The notes below the pieces were generated by a model. That model saw only the letters and a list, made by a program, of their open reading frames with translations, had not been told where the DNA came from and ran no database searches. Made by a program: the position numbers and the translations under genes. Below are positions 1-9,205 of a DNA stretch of 64,000 nucleotides, one piece after another (positions within the stretch are counted from its first letter, which is position 1; the number at the start of each line of letters is the position of its first letter). Origin of the DNA: an uncultured Solirubrobacterales bacterium (GTDB lineage Bacteria; Actinomycetota; Thermoleophilia; Solirubrobacterales; Solirubrobacteraceae); NCBI GenBank assembly GCA_963702875.1, contig OY969768.1, positions 875,876 to 939,875 of the forward strand, given 5' to 3'.

Positions 1-184
1 TACTGGATCGCGCGAACTCGACCGCCGCTGGCGCCCTTCTTGACGATCGGCCACGACGTGGCCTTCAGCCCGGCGCCTGAGGCCCGGGGGCAGCGCTCGC
101 CCCGGCCGTCGAGACGACGGCCGGGGCCGCCGATGCGCCCAGCGTAATGACGGCGACGAGGATCGTGCGCCTGAAGCTCCGCAT
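1..184 (-). pseudogene. Secreted protein, N-terminal part, with an apparent frameshift; runs off the window edge
   Basis: ATG at 184 is preceded by GAAGGGAG. The N-terminus MRSFRRTILVAVITLGASAAPAVV is signal-peptide-like. There is an in-frame stop at 65-67, but the neighbouring frame continues LKATSWPIVKKGASGGRVRAIQ (resembles the start of a peptidoglycan-binding domain) to position 1. Confidence 0.35.
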
Positions 185-272
185 GAGACTCCCTTCTGTT
201 GTGCGGCCACGCGGACCGCAGCTGATATGGCCGCCGGCCGCCCCCGACGCGGTCGGCGCGGGGAATTGTGAC

Positions 273-1096
273 CTACGAGCTAAATCCAGCCTTAGCCGGG
301 CGCGCGCGTGCACGCGCCCTGATCGAGAACGGTCTTCGCCGCAGGACCTCGAGCACGATCACGGTCAGCGCCACCGGAACCGTCGCCGGCAGCTCGTCGA
401 CGAAGAAGAACAGCAGGTCGAATACGGCCGCCAGTCGCGAACGTGAGCAGCGCGGCGCCGCCCTGGCTGCGCCGCTGCACCGCCAGCGCGGCGCCCAGCA
501 GCGCCGCCACGAACAGGTCGCCGTAGCCCATCGAGACGGTCCCGAACAGCTCGCTCTGGAGGCTCGGCAGGCTCGCCGCCGGGTGCGCCGCGATCAGCGT
601 CGCGTTCGGGGCCTGAAGCAGGTCCGACACGACCAGCCAGCGTGTCGGCGATCGCCATCAGCACGATCCCGACCTTGAGCCAGCCCGGGGGCGTCACCGC
701 CGCGAGCAGGACGCCGAGGGTCACGCAGCTGAGCGCCGACAGGAGCGCCGCCGCGGCCTCGCCGCTCAGCGAGGTCCGCCACACCCACGCGATCACGAAC
801 AGCGGGATCGCGAGCAGCGCGAGCAGCGGCCTCGCGCCCCGCGCCGCCCAGCCGAGCGCCGCCGCCGCCAGCAGCGGCACCGCCACGAGCGCCAGATAGG
901 TCAGCCCTGTGGCCGTGTCCGACACGTAGCGGATCGCGAAGATGACCAGCACGATCGACGCGATCGGAACCAGCGCCCACGCGCGGCTCTGAAAGCGGTC
1001 GAGCAGCTCGACTCGCGGCGCCACCCGCGGCGCCGCGACGACGCCCGCCTGGAGGCCGAGCAGAGCAGCGTCAGACGGGATGAATGGCAGGGCCAC
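273..1096 (-). pseudogene. Polytopic membrane protein spread over three reading frames
   Basis: The first ~150 aa of ORF 365..1096 are TM-rich. ORF 292..630 contributes ...SMGYGDLFVAALLGAALA. An unlisted third frame reads LAAVFDLLFFFVDELPATVPVALTVIVLEVL with a stop near 273. Together they read as one hydrophobic protein only if the frame changes near 640 and near 440. Confidence 0.4.
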
Positions 1097-1164
1097 AGCC
1101 GCTTAGGGTACGGCTCCAGCTTCAGGGTTCCGTAAGAGCCGGCGAGCGAGCGCCGGCATCTGGC

Positions 1165-2986
1165 TCACGTGCCCAGGTGGTCCTCGAGCGCCTTGAGCTG
1201 GGCCCGCAGCTCGGCGGGCAGCTTCTCGCCGAACTTGGCGTAGTGCTCGCGCATCTGCGGCAGCTGCTCGCGCCAGCCGTCGATGTCGACCTCGAGCAGG
1301 CGCGCCATCGTCTCGTCGGTGACGTCGAGCGCGTCGATGTCGATCCCACCCTCGCCGACCGGCGGGACCAGCCCGATCGCGGTCTCATGCGCCCGCGCCT
1401 TGTTCTGGCAGCGCCGGAAGACCCAGGCCAGAACGCGCGAGTTCTCACCGTAGCCGGGCCACATGAACTTGCCGTCCTCGTCCTTGCGGAACCAGTTCAC
1501 ATAGAAGATCCGCGGCAGCTGAGCCCCCTTGCGCTCGCCGATCCGCAGCCAGTGGCCGAAGTAGTCGCCCATGTGGTAGCCGCAGAACGGGAGCATCGCC
1601 ATCGGGTCGAACCGCAGCTGGCCGACGGCCCCGGCCTGCGCCGCGGTTGTCTCGGAGGACATGATCGAGCCGAGGAACACGCCGTGCTCCCAGCCGCGCG
1701 CCTCGTGCACCAGCGGCACGACCGTCGCGCGGCGGCCGCCGAACAGGATCGCGTCGATCGGAACGCCGGCCGGATCGTCCCATTCCGGTGCGACCGAGGG
1801 ACACTGGGCGATCGGAACCGTGAAGCGCGCGTTCGGGTGAGCCGCGGGCGTCTCGGAGTCCGGCGTCCAGTCGTTGCCGCGCCAGTCGATCGCGTGGGCC
1901 GGGGGCTCGCCGGTCAGGCCCTCCCACCAGATGTCGCCGTCATCGGTCTTGGCGCAGTTCGTGAACACGGTGTTCCGAGAGACCATGTCGATCGCATTCG
2001 GATTCGTCCGCGCGCCCGGTGCCCGGCGCGACGCCGAAGAATCCGGCCTCCGGATTGGCCGCGTACAGCCGCCCGTCCTTGCCGAACTTCATCCAGGCGA
2101 TGTCGTCGCCGATCGTCTCGACCTTCCAGTCCGGGAGCGTCGGGATCATCATCGACAGGTTGGTCTTGCCGCAGGCGCTCGGGAAGGCGGCGGCGATGTA
2201 CCTGACCTCGCCCTCGGGCGAGGTCATCTTCAAGATCAGCATGTGCTCGGACAGCCACCCCTCATCGCGCGCCATCACCGAGGCGATCCGTAGCGCGAAG
2301 CACTTTTTGCCGAGCAGTGCATTGCCGCCGTAGCCGGAGCCGAACGACCAGATCTCGCGCGACTCGGGGAAGTGCACGATGTACTTGTTCTCGGCGTTGC
2401 ACGGCCACGGAACGTCCTCAGCCCCGGCTGCCAGCGGCATCCCGACCGAGTGCAGACACGGGACGAACTCGCCATCGCTGCCGAGCACATCGAGCGCGGG
2501 CTGCCCGGCCCGGGTCATGATCGCCATCGAGGCGGCCACGTACGCGGAGTCCGTCAGCTGTACGCCGATGTAGGAGATCGGCGATCCGAGCGGGCCCATG
2601 CTGAACGGCACCACGTACATCGTGCGCCCACGCATCGAGCCCTTGAACATGTCCGTCAGCTGCGCCCGCATCGCGCCCGGCTCTGACCAGTTGTTGGTCG
2701 GGCCGGCGTCCTCCTCGCGCTCGGAGCAGATGAAGGTACGGTCCTCGACCCGAGCGACATCGGCCGGGTCAGACAGCGCCAGGTAGGAGCCCGGCCGCTT
2801 GGCGGCGGAGAGCTTCTCAAAGGTCCCGGCGGCGACCAGCGTCTTCGCCAGCCAGTCGAATTCCTCAGGCGACCCGTCGCACCAGTGAACCTCGTCGGGC
2901 TGCGTCAGCGCGGCGATCTCCTCTACCCACGTCTGAAGCTGGGCATGATTGGTCGTAGCTTGGTTCGTGGGTGCGGTATGAGCCAT
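1165..2986 (-). pseudogene. pckG: Phosphoenolpyruvate carboxykinase (GTP), interrupted by one frameshift
   Basis: ORFs 1940..3157 (true ATG at 2986, MAHTAPTNQ) and 1165..1986 lie in different frames. Together they form a full-length GTP-PEPCK: [54 protein letters not shown]. The junction GVAPGTG / TNPNAIDM falls at 2008-2014. Confidence 0.85.
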
Positions 2987-3062
2987 TGGTTTTCTGGCAC
3001 TCCTTAGCTTCGGTGGTGAAGGAAGCGTACCCCGGAAACGCCCATAACAGCTTCCGTGGTAA

Positions 3063-3599
3063 CTACTCGACGTTGGCCTCGGCTGACTGCGGAGCCGCTC
3101 CGGGCTCCTTGCGGGGAACCAGCACGAGCCGCTTGAACTCGGCCACGAGCACGCCATCCTGGTTCAGAACGCGGGTGTGCACGCGCACCGTGCCGCGGTC
3201 GGGCTTTGACTGCGAGGGCTTGACCTCGAGCACCTCGGACTCGCAGAACAGCGTGTCACCGTGAAACACCGGCGCGGGGTGCTTGAGCTCCTCGGTCGCG
3301 AGGTTCGCGATCGCCTTGCCGCTCACATCCGAGACGCTCATCCCGAGCGCGAGCGAGTAGACCAGCGGCCCGACAACGACGTTGCGCCCCTGCTGGGACT
3401 GCTTGGCGTAGATGTCGTTGATGTGCAGCGGGTGATGATTCATCGTGATCAGGCAGAACAGGTGATCGTCGGACTCGGTCACGGTCTTGGCGGGCCAGTG
3501 CTTGTACACGGCGCCGACCTCGAACTCCTCGAGGTAGCGGCCGTATGGATGCGCGCCACTGGCCTCGCGCGCAGCCTGGTCTGTGTCGATCTGGTTCAT
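3063..3599 (-). CDS. MaoC-like (R)-specific enoyl-CoA hydratase/dehydratase, single hot-dog fold
   Basis: 178 aa. Contains ...[20 protein letters not shown]...[10 protein letters not shown]..., typical of MaoC/PhaJ hydratases. Divergent from the lyase gene. Confidence 0.75.
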   Translation of the reverse strand: MNQIDTDQAAREASGAHPYGRYLEEFEVGAVYKHWPAKTVTESDDHLFCLITMNHHPLHINDIYAKQSQQGRNVVVGPLVYSLALGMSVSDVSGKAIANLATEELKHPAPVFHGDTLFCESEVLEVKPSQSKPDRGTVRVHTRVLNQDGVLVAEFKRLVLVPRKEPGAAPQSAEANVE

Positions 3600-3617
3600 G
3601 AACGGAGAATGTCAGGA

Positions 3618-3689
3618 GGTGACGCCGCATGCGGCGTCACCCAGGACCGCGCATGCGCGGTCCTGCGGTCGGGCGCATGCGCCCGACCG
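3618..3689. repeat. Three directly abutting perfect 24-nt palindromes, each centred on GCATGC
   Basis: GGTGACGCCGCATGCGGCGTCACC (3618-3641), CAGGACCGCGCATGCGCGGTCCTG (3642-3665), CGGTCGGGCGCATGCGCCCGACCG (3666-3689). They occupy 72 of the 111 intergenic nt between the starts at 3599(-) and 3711(+). Confidence 0.9.
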
Positions 3690-3710
3690 AACACCACTAC
3701 TGTTCAGAGC

Positions 3711-4775
3711 ATGCGAAACCCCCGTGACTTCGGAAAGCCGCTGGCGATCGGCGCCCCGCAGCCGATCCTTGAAATCCCCTTCAGGCCCAGCCGGATGATC
3801 CACTTCCTCGACTTCTCCAACGAGAAGATGGTGGCCAAGGCGCCCGAGATCGCCCCGACTGTCGACATCCTGCTCGGCAACCTCGAGGACGCGGTTCCGG
3901 TCGACCGCAAGGAGGCCGCGCGCGACGGGCTGATCCGGGTCGGTCGCGAGCTGGAGCTCGGTGACACGCAGCTGTGGACCCGCGTCAACAGCCTCGAGTC
4001 GCCGTGGGTGCTCGATGACCTCACACAGATCGTGTCCGAGATCGGCCACAGGCTCGACGTCGTGATGATCCCCAAGGTCGAGGGGCCGTGGGATATCCAC
4101 TACGTCGACCGCCTGCTCGCTCAGCTCGAGGCCAAGGCCGGGCTAGAGCGCCCGATCCTGATCCACGCGATCCTCGAGACCGGCCTCGGCGTCGTCAACC
4201 TCGAGCAGATCGCGACCGCCAGCCCGCGGATGCAGGGGATGAGCTTCGGACCGGCGGATCTCGCCGCCTCGAGGCGGATGAAGACGACCCGCGTCGGCGG
4301 CGGTCACCCGGGCTACCGGGTGATCAACGACCCCGATCCCGACAACCCCGACGCGCCCCGCCCGACCGCCCAGCAGGACCCCTGGCACTACTCGATCGCG
4401 CGCATGGTCGACGCCTGCACCTCAGCCGGGATCCTCCCGTTCTACGGTCCGTATGGCGACATCCGCGACGTCGAGGGGTGCGAGACGCAGTTCCGCGCCG
4501 CGTTCCTGCTCGGCTGTGTCGGCGCGTGGTCGCTGCACCCGGTGCAGATCGAGATCGCCAAGCGCGTGTTCAGCCCCGACCCCGACGAGGTGCTGTTCGC
4601 CAAGAAGGTGCTCGAGGCGATTCCCGACGGGCGCGGCGTGCACATGATCGACGGCAAGATGCAGGACGACGCGACCTGGAAGCAGTGCAAGGTGATGGTC
4701 AGCCTGGCCGAGATGCTTGCCAACAAGGACCCCGAGCTGGCCGAGGCGTACGGCTTCGCGCCGACGCCCGCGTAA
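3711..4775 (+). CDS. HpcH/CitE-family acyl-CoA lyase, of the L-malyl-CoA/beta-methylmalyl-CoA (or citramalyl-CoA) lyase type
   Basis: The internal ATG at 3711 ([11 protein letters not shown]) was chosen because the upstream part of ORF 3261..4775 is antisense to maoC. Motifs: [38 protein letters not shown]...[23 protein letters not shown]. Confidence 0.7.
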   Translation: MRNPRDFGKPLAIGAPQPILEIPFRPSRMIHFLDFSNEKMVAKAPEIAPTVDILLGNLEDAVPVDRKEAARDGLIRVGRELELGDTQLWTRVNSLESPWVLDDLTQIVSEIGHRLDVVMIPKVEGPWDIHYVDRLLAQLEAKAGLERPILIHAILETGLGVVNLEQIATASPRMQGMSFGPADLAASRRMKTTRVGGGHPGYRVINDPDPDNPDAPRPTAQQDPWHYSIARMVDACTSAGILPFYGPYGDIRDVEGCETQFRAAFLLGCVGAWSLHPVQIEIAKRVFSPDPDEVLFAKKVLEAIPDGRGVHMIDGKMQDDATWKQCKVMVSLAEMLANKDPELAEAYGFAPTPA

Positions 4776-4786
4776 CAATCCCAGGC

Positions 4787-5245
4787 ATGCGGATCTCTGC
4801 GAAAGCCGATTACGCCGTGCGCGCCGCCGTCGAGCTGGCGGCCGCGACCGACGAGAAGCCGGTCAAGGCCGAGCGGATCGCGACCGCCCAGGAGATCCCG
4901 CTCAACTTCCTCGAGAACATTCTCGGCGAGCTCCGTCACGCCGGGATCGTCCGCAGCCACCGCGGTGCCGAGGGCGGCTTCAGGCTCGCCAAGCCGGCCA
5001 CGGAGCTGACCGTCGCCGACGTGATCCGGGCGGTCGAGGGACCGCTCGCGAGCGTCCGCGGCGGCCCGCCCGAGGACGCCGCCTACGCGGGTGCCTCCGA
5101 GGCGCTGCTGCGAGTCTGGATCGCGGTCCGCGCGAACCTCAGGGGCGTGGTCGAGCACGTGACCCTGGCCGACGTCGCCGGCGGCAAGCTCCCGCGCGCG
5201 GTCGACCGGTTGACCGAGGACCCGGAGGCCTGGGTCACGCGCTGA
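4787..5245 (+). CDS. Rrf2-family transcriptional regulator
   Basis: [19 protein letters not shown]...[34 protein letters not shown], the canonical Rrf2 winged helix. Lies 12 nt downstream of the lyase stop. Confidence 0.85.
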   Translation: MRISAKADYAVRAAVELAAATDEKPVKAERIATAQEIPLNFLENILGELRHAGIVRSHRGAEGGFRLAKPATELTVADVIRAVEGPLASVRGGPPEDAAYAGASEALLRVWIAVRANLRGVVEHVTLADVAGGKLPRAVDRLTEDPEAWVTR

Positions 5246-6206
5246 CGGCGTCCGCCGTCGTACGCGCCGGCGCCGGCGGCCGGACGTAGACGATGTCGCC
5301 GCGGCTGAGCTCGAGCTCCTCGGTCTGGGCGCGCGTCAGCTGCGCCCGCGCCACCTCTCCCCCGGGCAGCTCGAGCTCGATCCGCACCTCGAACCCGAGA
5401 TGCACGACGCGCAGCACCATCGCCTCGATCGTGCTCTCCTCCTGCGTCAGGGAGATCGCGACGTCGTGCGGGCGCACAAGCCGGCCCTCGAGCTTTGAGA
5501 CCGGACCGATGAAGCCCATCACGAACTCGCTGGCCGGCTTGTCGTAGACCTCGCGCGGCGATCCGACCTGTTCGATCCGTCCCTCGTTCATCACCGCCAG
5601 CTTGTCGGCGACCTCCATCGCCTCCTCCTGGTCGTGGGTCACGAGTACCGTCGTCACGCCCTGTTCGTCATGCAGCCGCCGCAGCCACTGGCGCAGCTCG
5701 GTGCGGACGTTGGCGTCGAGCGCACCGAACGGCTCATCGAGCAACAGCACCTGCGGGTCGACGGCCAGCGCTCGCGCCAGCGCCATCCGCTGACGCTGCC
5801 CGCCCGAGAGCTGCGCCGGCCGCTGCCCGCCCCACGCAGTGAGGCCGACCAAGGCCAGCAGCTCGTCCACCTTGGCCTTGATCTCGTCCTTCGGGCGCTT
5901 GCGGATGCGTAGACCGAAGGCGACGTTCTCGCGCACGCTCATGTGGGCAAAGGCCGCGTAGTGCTGGAATACGAAGCCGATCGCGCGATCCTGCGGACGC
6001 GCGGCGGTGACGTCGACCTCGTCGATCAGGATCGACCCCTCGTCGGGCGTCTCGAGCCCGGCGATGATCCGCAGCAGCGTCGACTTGCCCGATCCGCTGG
6101 GACCGAGCAGCGCCGTCAGCGAGCCCTTGGGAACCTCGAGCGTCACATCGTCGAGCGCCGTGAAATCGCCGAACGCTTTCGAGATGCCCTTCGCGTCGAT
6201 CCTCAT
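5235..6206 (-). CDS. cysA: Sulfate/thiosulfate ABC transporter ATP-binding protein
   Basis: Walker [12 protein letters not shown], signature LSGGQRQR, Walker [12 protein letters not shown], and a CysA-type C-terminal domain. Overlaps cysW by 4 nt. Confidence 0.85.
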   Translation of the reverse strand: MRIDAKGISKAFGDFTALDDVTLEVPKGSLTALLGPSGSGKSTLLRIIAGLETPDEGSILIDEVDVTAARPQDRAIGFVFQHYAAFAHMSVRENVAFGLRIRKRPKDEIKAKVDELLALVGLTAWGGQRPAQLSGGQRQRMALARALAVDPQVLLLDEPFGALDANVRTELRQWLRRLHDEQGVTTVLVTHDQEEAMEVADKLAVMNEGRIEQVGSPREVYDKPASEFVMGFIGPVSKLEGRLVRPHDVAISLTQEESTIEAMVLRVVHLGFEVRIELELPGGEVARAQLTRAQTEELELSRGDIVYVRPPAPARTTADAVSA

Positions 6207-7021
6207 GTGGCCTCCTCCCTCTTGGGTCCCAGCACGGTCATACCGAGGAGCACGACCAGCGACATCACGGCGAGCTCGGTCGCGGCCGCGTAGGCGCTCG
6301 TGATTGCCTGCGAGCCGATGTCCGAGCTGCGCTGGTAGACGAGCAGCGGCAGCGTCAGCGTCTGGCCGGCGACGTTCGAGGAGACGACCAGCACGGCGCC
6401 GATCTCGCCGAGCGCGCGCGCCGTGGTCAGCACGACCCCGTAGGCCACCCCCCAGCGGATCGAAGGCAGCGTGATCCTCCGGAAGGTCTGCCAGCTCGAG
6501 GCGCCAAGCGTGGCCGCCGCCTGCTCCTGCTCATCGCCGACCTCGATCAGCACGGGCGCCACCTCGCGGACGACGAACGGCAGCGACACGAAGATCGTCG
6601 CCAGCGCGATCCCTGGCACCGCGTAGATGATCTGGATGCCGTGGTTCGTGAAGAAGGTGCCGAACCACCCGTGCACGCCGTAGACGAGGATCAGAGCGAG
6701 CCCGACGATCACCGGCGAGACGACGAACGGGAGGTCGATCAGAGCATCGAGAATCGCCCGCCCGCGGGTCTTGCTCCTGACCAGGACCAGGGCCGCCCCG
6801 ACGCCGAAGATCGTGTTGAGCGGCACGGCGATGACCGCGACCAGCACCGACAGCCAGAAGGCGCTGATCGCCGCCGGAGTGGTGATCCACCCCCACGCCA
6901 CCCCAAGGCCGTGTTCGAAGGTACGGAGGAACACCACCCCCAGGGGCAGGAGCAGCAGCAGCACGAGGTACAGGATCGCGATCACACGCAGCGACAGCGT
7001 GGTGCGGCGGCTAATGAGCAA
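6203..7021 (-). CDS. cysW: Sulfate ABC transporter permease
   Basis: 272-aa multi-TM permease in the binding protein-cysT-cysW-cysA gene order. Confidence 0.75.
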   Translation of the reverse strand: MLISRRTTLSLRVIAILYLVLLLLLPLGVVFLRTFEHGLGVAWGWITTPAAISAFWLSVLVAVIAVPLNTIFGVGAALVLVRSKTRGRAILDALIDLPFVVSPVIVGLALILVYGVHGWFGTFFTNHGIQIIYAVPGIALATIFVSLPFVVREVAPVLIEVGDEQEQAAATLGASSWQTFRRITLPSIRWGVAYGVVLTTARALGEIGAVLVVSSNVAGQTLTLPLLVYQRSSDIGSQAITSAYAAATELAVMSLVVLLGMTVLGPKREEAT

Positions 7022-7859
7022 CGCGGCCTCCCCAGCGGCGCAGCAGGAACAGAATTACCAGCGAAACGATCAGCAGGACCAGCGACAGCGAGGCTGCCGC
7101 CTGCTGAGCGTCGCTCTCGATGTCGGCGAAGATGACGATGCTGGCAATCTGGATCTTGCCCGCGATCAGTAGCAGCGTGCCGATCTCGCCCACCGAGCGG
7201 GCGAAGGACAGGGCAGCGCCGGACACGATCGCCGGCCGCAGCGCCGGCAGGATGATCCTGCGGAAGGTGGTCGCGTTGGAAGCGCCGAGCGAGGCGGCCG
7301 CCTGCTCGACCTCCTTGTCGAGCTCGATCAGCACGGGCTGCACGCTGCGTACGACGAACGGCAGCGTCACGAACAGCAGCGCCACCACGACCGCCGCGCG
7401 GGTGTACGCGAGATGGACCCCGAACGGGCTGTCTGGCCCGTACAGCGCCAGCAGGGTGAGGCCGGCGACGATCGTCGGCAGTGCGAACGGCAGATCGATC
7501 AGCGCGTTGATGAAGCGCTTGCCCGGGAACTGGTCGCGGACCAGCACCCAGGCCACCAGGGTTCCCATCACCGCGGCGATCGCCGCCACGATCAGCGATA
7601 TCAGCACCGTCACCCACAGCGCCTTGATCGCCAGCGGGTCGGTCACCGAGGTCCAGAACGTGCTCAGGCCCTGGTTGAGCGCATTGACCGCGACCGCGGC
7701 CAGCGGGATCAGGACGATCACGCTCAGATACAGCGTGCACAGCCCCAGTCCCAACCCGCCAGCCGGTAGGCGCCGACCGCGGGCCCGCGTACGAACGCGG
7801 GCCCGCGGTGGCAGCGCGGCAGCCTGTGTATCAGTGGCCGGCGCCATGAATTCGGTCAC
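7011..7859 (-). CDS. cysT: Sulfate ABC transporter permease
   Basis: 282-aa multi-TM permease, paralogous to the next gene, located directly downstream of the binding protein. Confidence 0.75.
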   Translation of the reverse strand: MTEFMAPATDTQAAALPPRARVRTRARGRRLPAGGLGLGLCTLYLSVIVLIPLAAVAVNALNQGLSTFWTSVTDPLAIKALWVTVLISLIVAAIAAVMGTLVAWVLVRDQFPGKRFINALIDLPFALPTIVAGLTLLALYGPDSPFGVHLAYTRAAVVVALLFVTLPFVVRSVQPVLIELDKEVEQAAASLGASNATTFRRIILPALRPAIVSGAALSFARSVGEIGTLLLIAGKIQIASIVIFADIESDAQQAAASLSLVLLIVSLVILFLLRRWGGRVAH

Positions 7860-7994
7860 ACCGAGAGTGGGGCCGGACGGATGAATGGCAAGGACGCAGG
7901 AGGCGACGCGCAGCAGCGCTGCGCGAGCCGACGAGGACGAAGCCAGACGTCGTCCGGAGCCGCTCGAATGGGACTGAATTCATGTGACGGCCAC

Positions 7995-9059
7995 TTAGCT
8001 GGAGGCAGTTGGGACTCCGGCTGCCTGCTCGATCTTGGTGATCGACCCGGTCGATGGATCGAAGAACTCGCTCTTCGCCTTCGTCCACCCGCCCAGGTAG
8101 TCGATCGTGAACAGCTGCGGCGGCGTCGGGAACTTGCTCGCGAACTTGCTCGCGACCGAAGCCAGCACCGGGCGGTAACCCTGCTGGGCCCAGATCGTCT
8201 GGCCGGCCGAGGACCACTGCCAGTTGACGAACGCCTTCGCCTGGGTCTGGTGCGAGCTCTTGCTCGTGACCGCGATCGGCGTCTGGATCAGGATCGTCTG
8301 CTTGGGGATGATGTACTGGACCGCGTCGCCGGCCTTCTCGGCGGCGATCGCGTCGCTTTCGTAGTCGAGCAGCACGTCGCCCTTGCCGCTGGTGAACGTC
8401 TGCAGCGCCGAGCTCGCGCTCGAGGGCTGCACGCTGACGTTCTTGGTCAGCAGCGTGTTCACGTAGGCGAGTGCCTGGGCCGGCGTCTTGCCCTCCTTCA
8501 GCTGCGCCCCGTAGCCGGCGAGCACGTTCCAGCGCGCGCTGCCCGAGGTCGAGGGGTTGGGGGTGATCACGTCGACGCCCGGCTTGACCAGGTCGTCCCA
8601 GCCGGTGATGTGCTTGGGGTTGCCCTTGCGAACGACCATCACGACGACCGAGTTGACCGCGATCCCCTTGTACGGGTTTGCATCCCAGTCCGAGGAGACG
8701 ATGTTGTCCTTGACCAGCCGCGTGATGTCCGGGGTGGTCGAGAACGCGACCACGTCGGCCGGCTGGCCCGAGTCGACCGCCCTGCTCTGCGAGCCCGAGG
8801 GCCCGAACGACGAGTTGAACGTGACGCCCTTGCCGGCGGGGATCTGCGCGAACGCCGAGGTCAGCGCGTCATACGCCTTCTTCGGCGTCGAGTAGGCGAC
8901 CAGCGCGAGCTGCGGTCCGCTCCCTCCAGACGAGCTACCGCTGCTGCTGCTGCTGGATGTGTCCGACGATCCGCCACAGCCCGCCAGCAAGCCCGCTCCG
9001 GACACCGCGGCGACCACGACGGCCACCCCGCTCCGCCTCAAGTTGATCGTTGCGCTCAT
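7995..9059 (-). CDS. sbp: Sulfate/thiosulfate-binding lipoprotein
   Basis: Signal peptide plus lipobox LLAGCGGSS, followed by a Ser-rich linker. Periplasmic-binding-protein-like body. First gene of the cysTWA operon. Confidence 0.75.
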   Translation of the reverse strand: MSATINLRRSGVAVVVAAVSGAGLLAGCGGSSDTSSSSSSGSSSGGSGPQLALVAYSTPKKAYDALTSAFAQIPAGKGVTFNSSFGPSGSQSRAVDSGQPADVVAFSTTPDITRLVKDNIVSSDWDANPYKGIAVNSVVVMVVRKGNPKHITGWDDLVKPGVDVITPNPSTSGSARWNVLAGYGAQLKEGKTPAQALAYVNTLLTKNVSVQPSSASSALQTFTSGKGDVLLDYESDAIAAEKAGDAVQYIIPKQTILIQTPIAVTSKSSHQTQAKAFVNWQWSSAGQTIWAQQGYRPVLASVASKFASKFPTPPQLFTIDYLGGWTKAKSEFFDPSTGSITKIEQAAGVPTASS

Positions 9060-9086
9060 GTGCTCCTCAGTACCAATTCGGGTTTG

Positions 9087-9108
9087 TCAATCAAATTTGG
9101 TGGATTGA
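9087..9108. promoter_or_regulatory. Inverted repeat TCAATC-N10-GATTGA in the most AT-rich stretch of the window
   Basis: Lies in the divergent intergenic region 9060..9205 between the sulfate-transport operon and the SucC-like gene. No known regulator can be assigned. Confidence 0.25.
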
Positions 9109-9205
9109 TGGAGATGGAGGTTGTAGCACAGTGTCAAGCGGAATGGTGAGGATTGCTGGCGGAGCACCGTTTCCACCGCCGTCCCGCTAGTCTCCCGCGC
9201 CGTCG

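Noticed and set aside
1084-2205. Long ORF (373 aa) on the plus strand across the pckG region. Similar long ORFs occur at 7881..9149, 9134..10369, 13325..14620, 50308..51948 and 58785..60350.
   Set aside because: All are antisense or out of frame relative to genes with clear family signatures, and their translations are Arg/Ala/Pro/Gly-rich with no motifs. This is the usual open-frame artefact of ~70% GC DNA.
3261-3710. Upstream 150 codons of ORF 3261..4775, which would give a 504-aa lyase.
   Set aside because: This part is antisense to the MaoC gene, has a noise-like composition and runs through the three palindromes. The ATG at 3711 yields a protein of normal family length.
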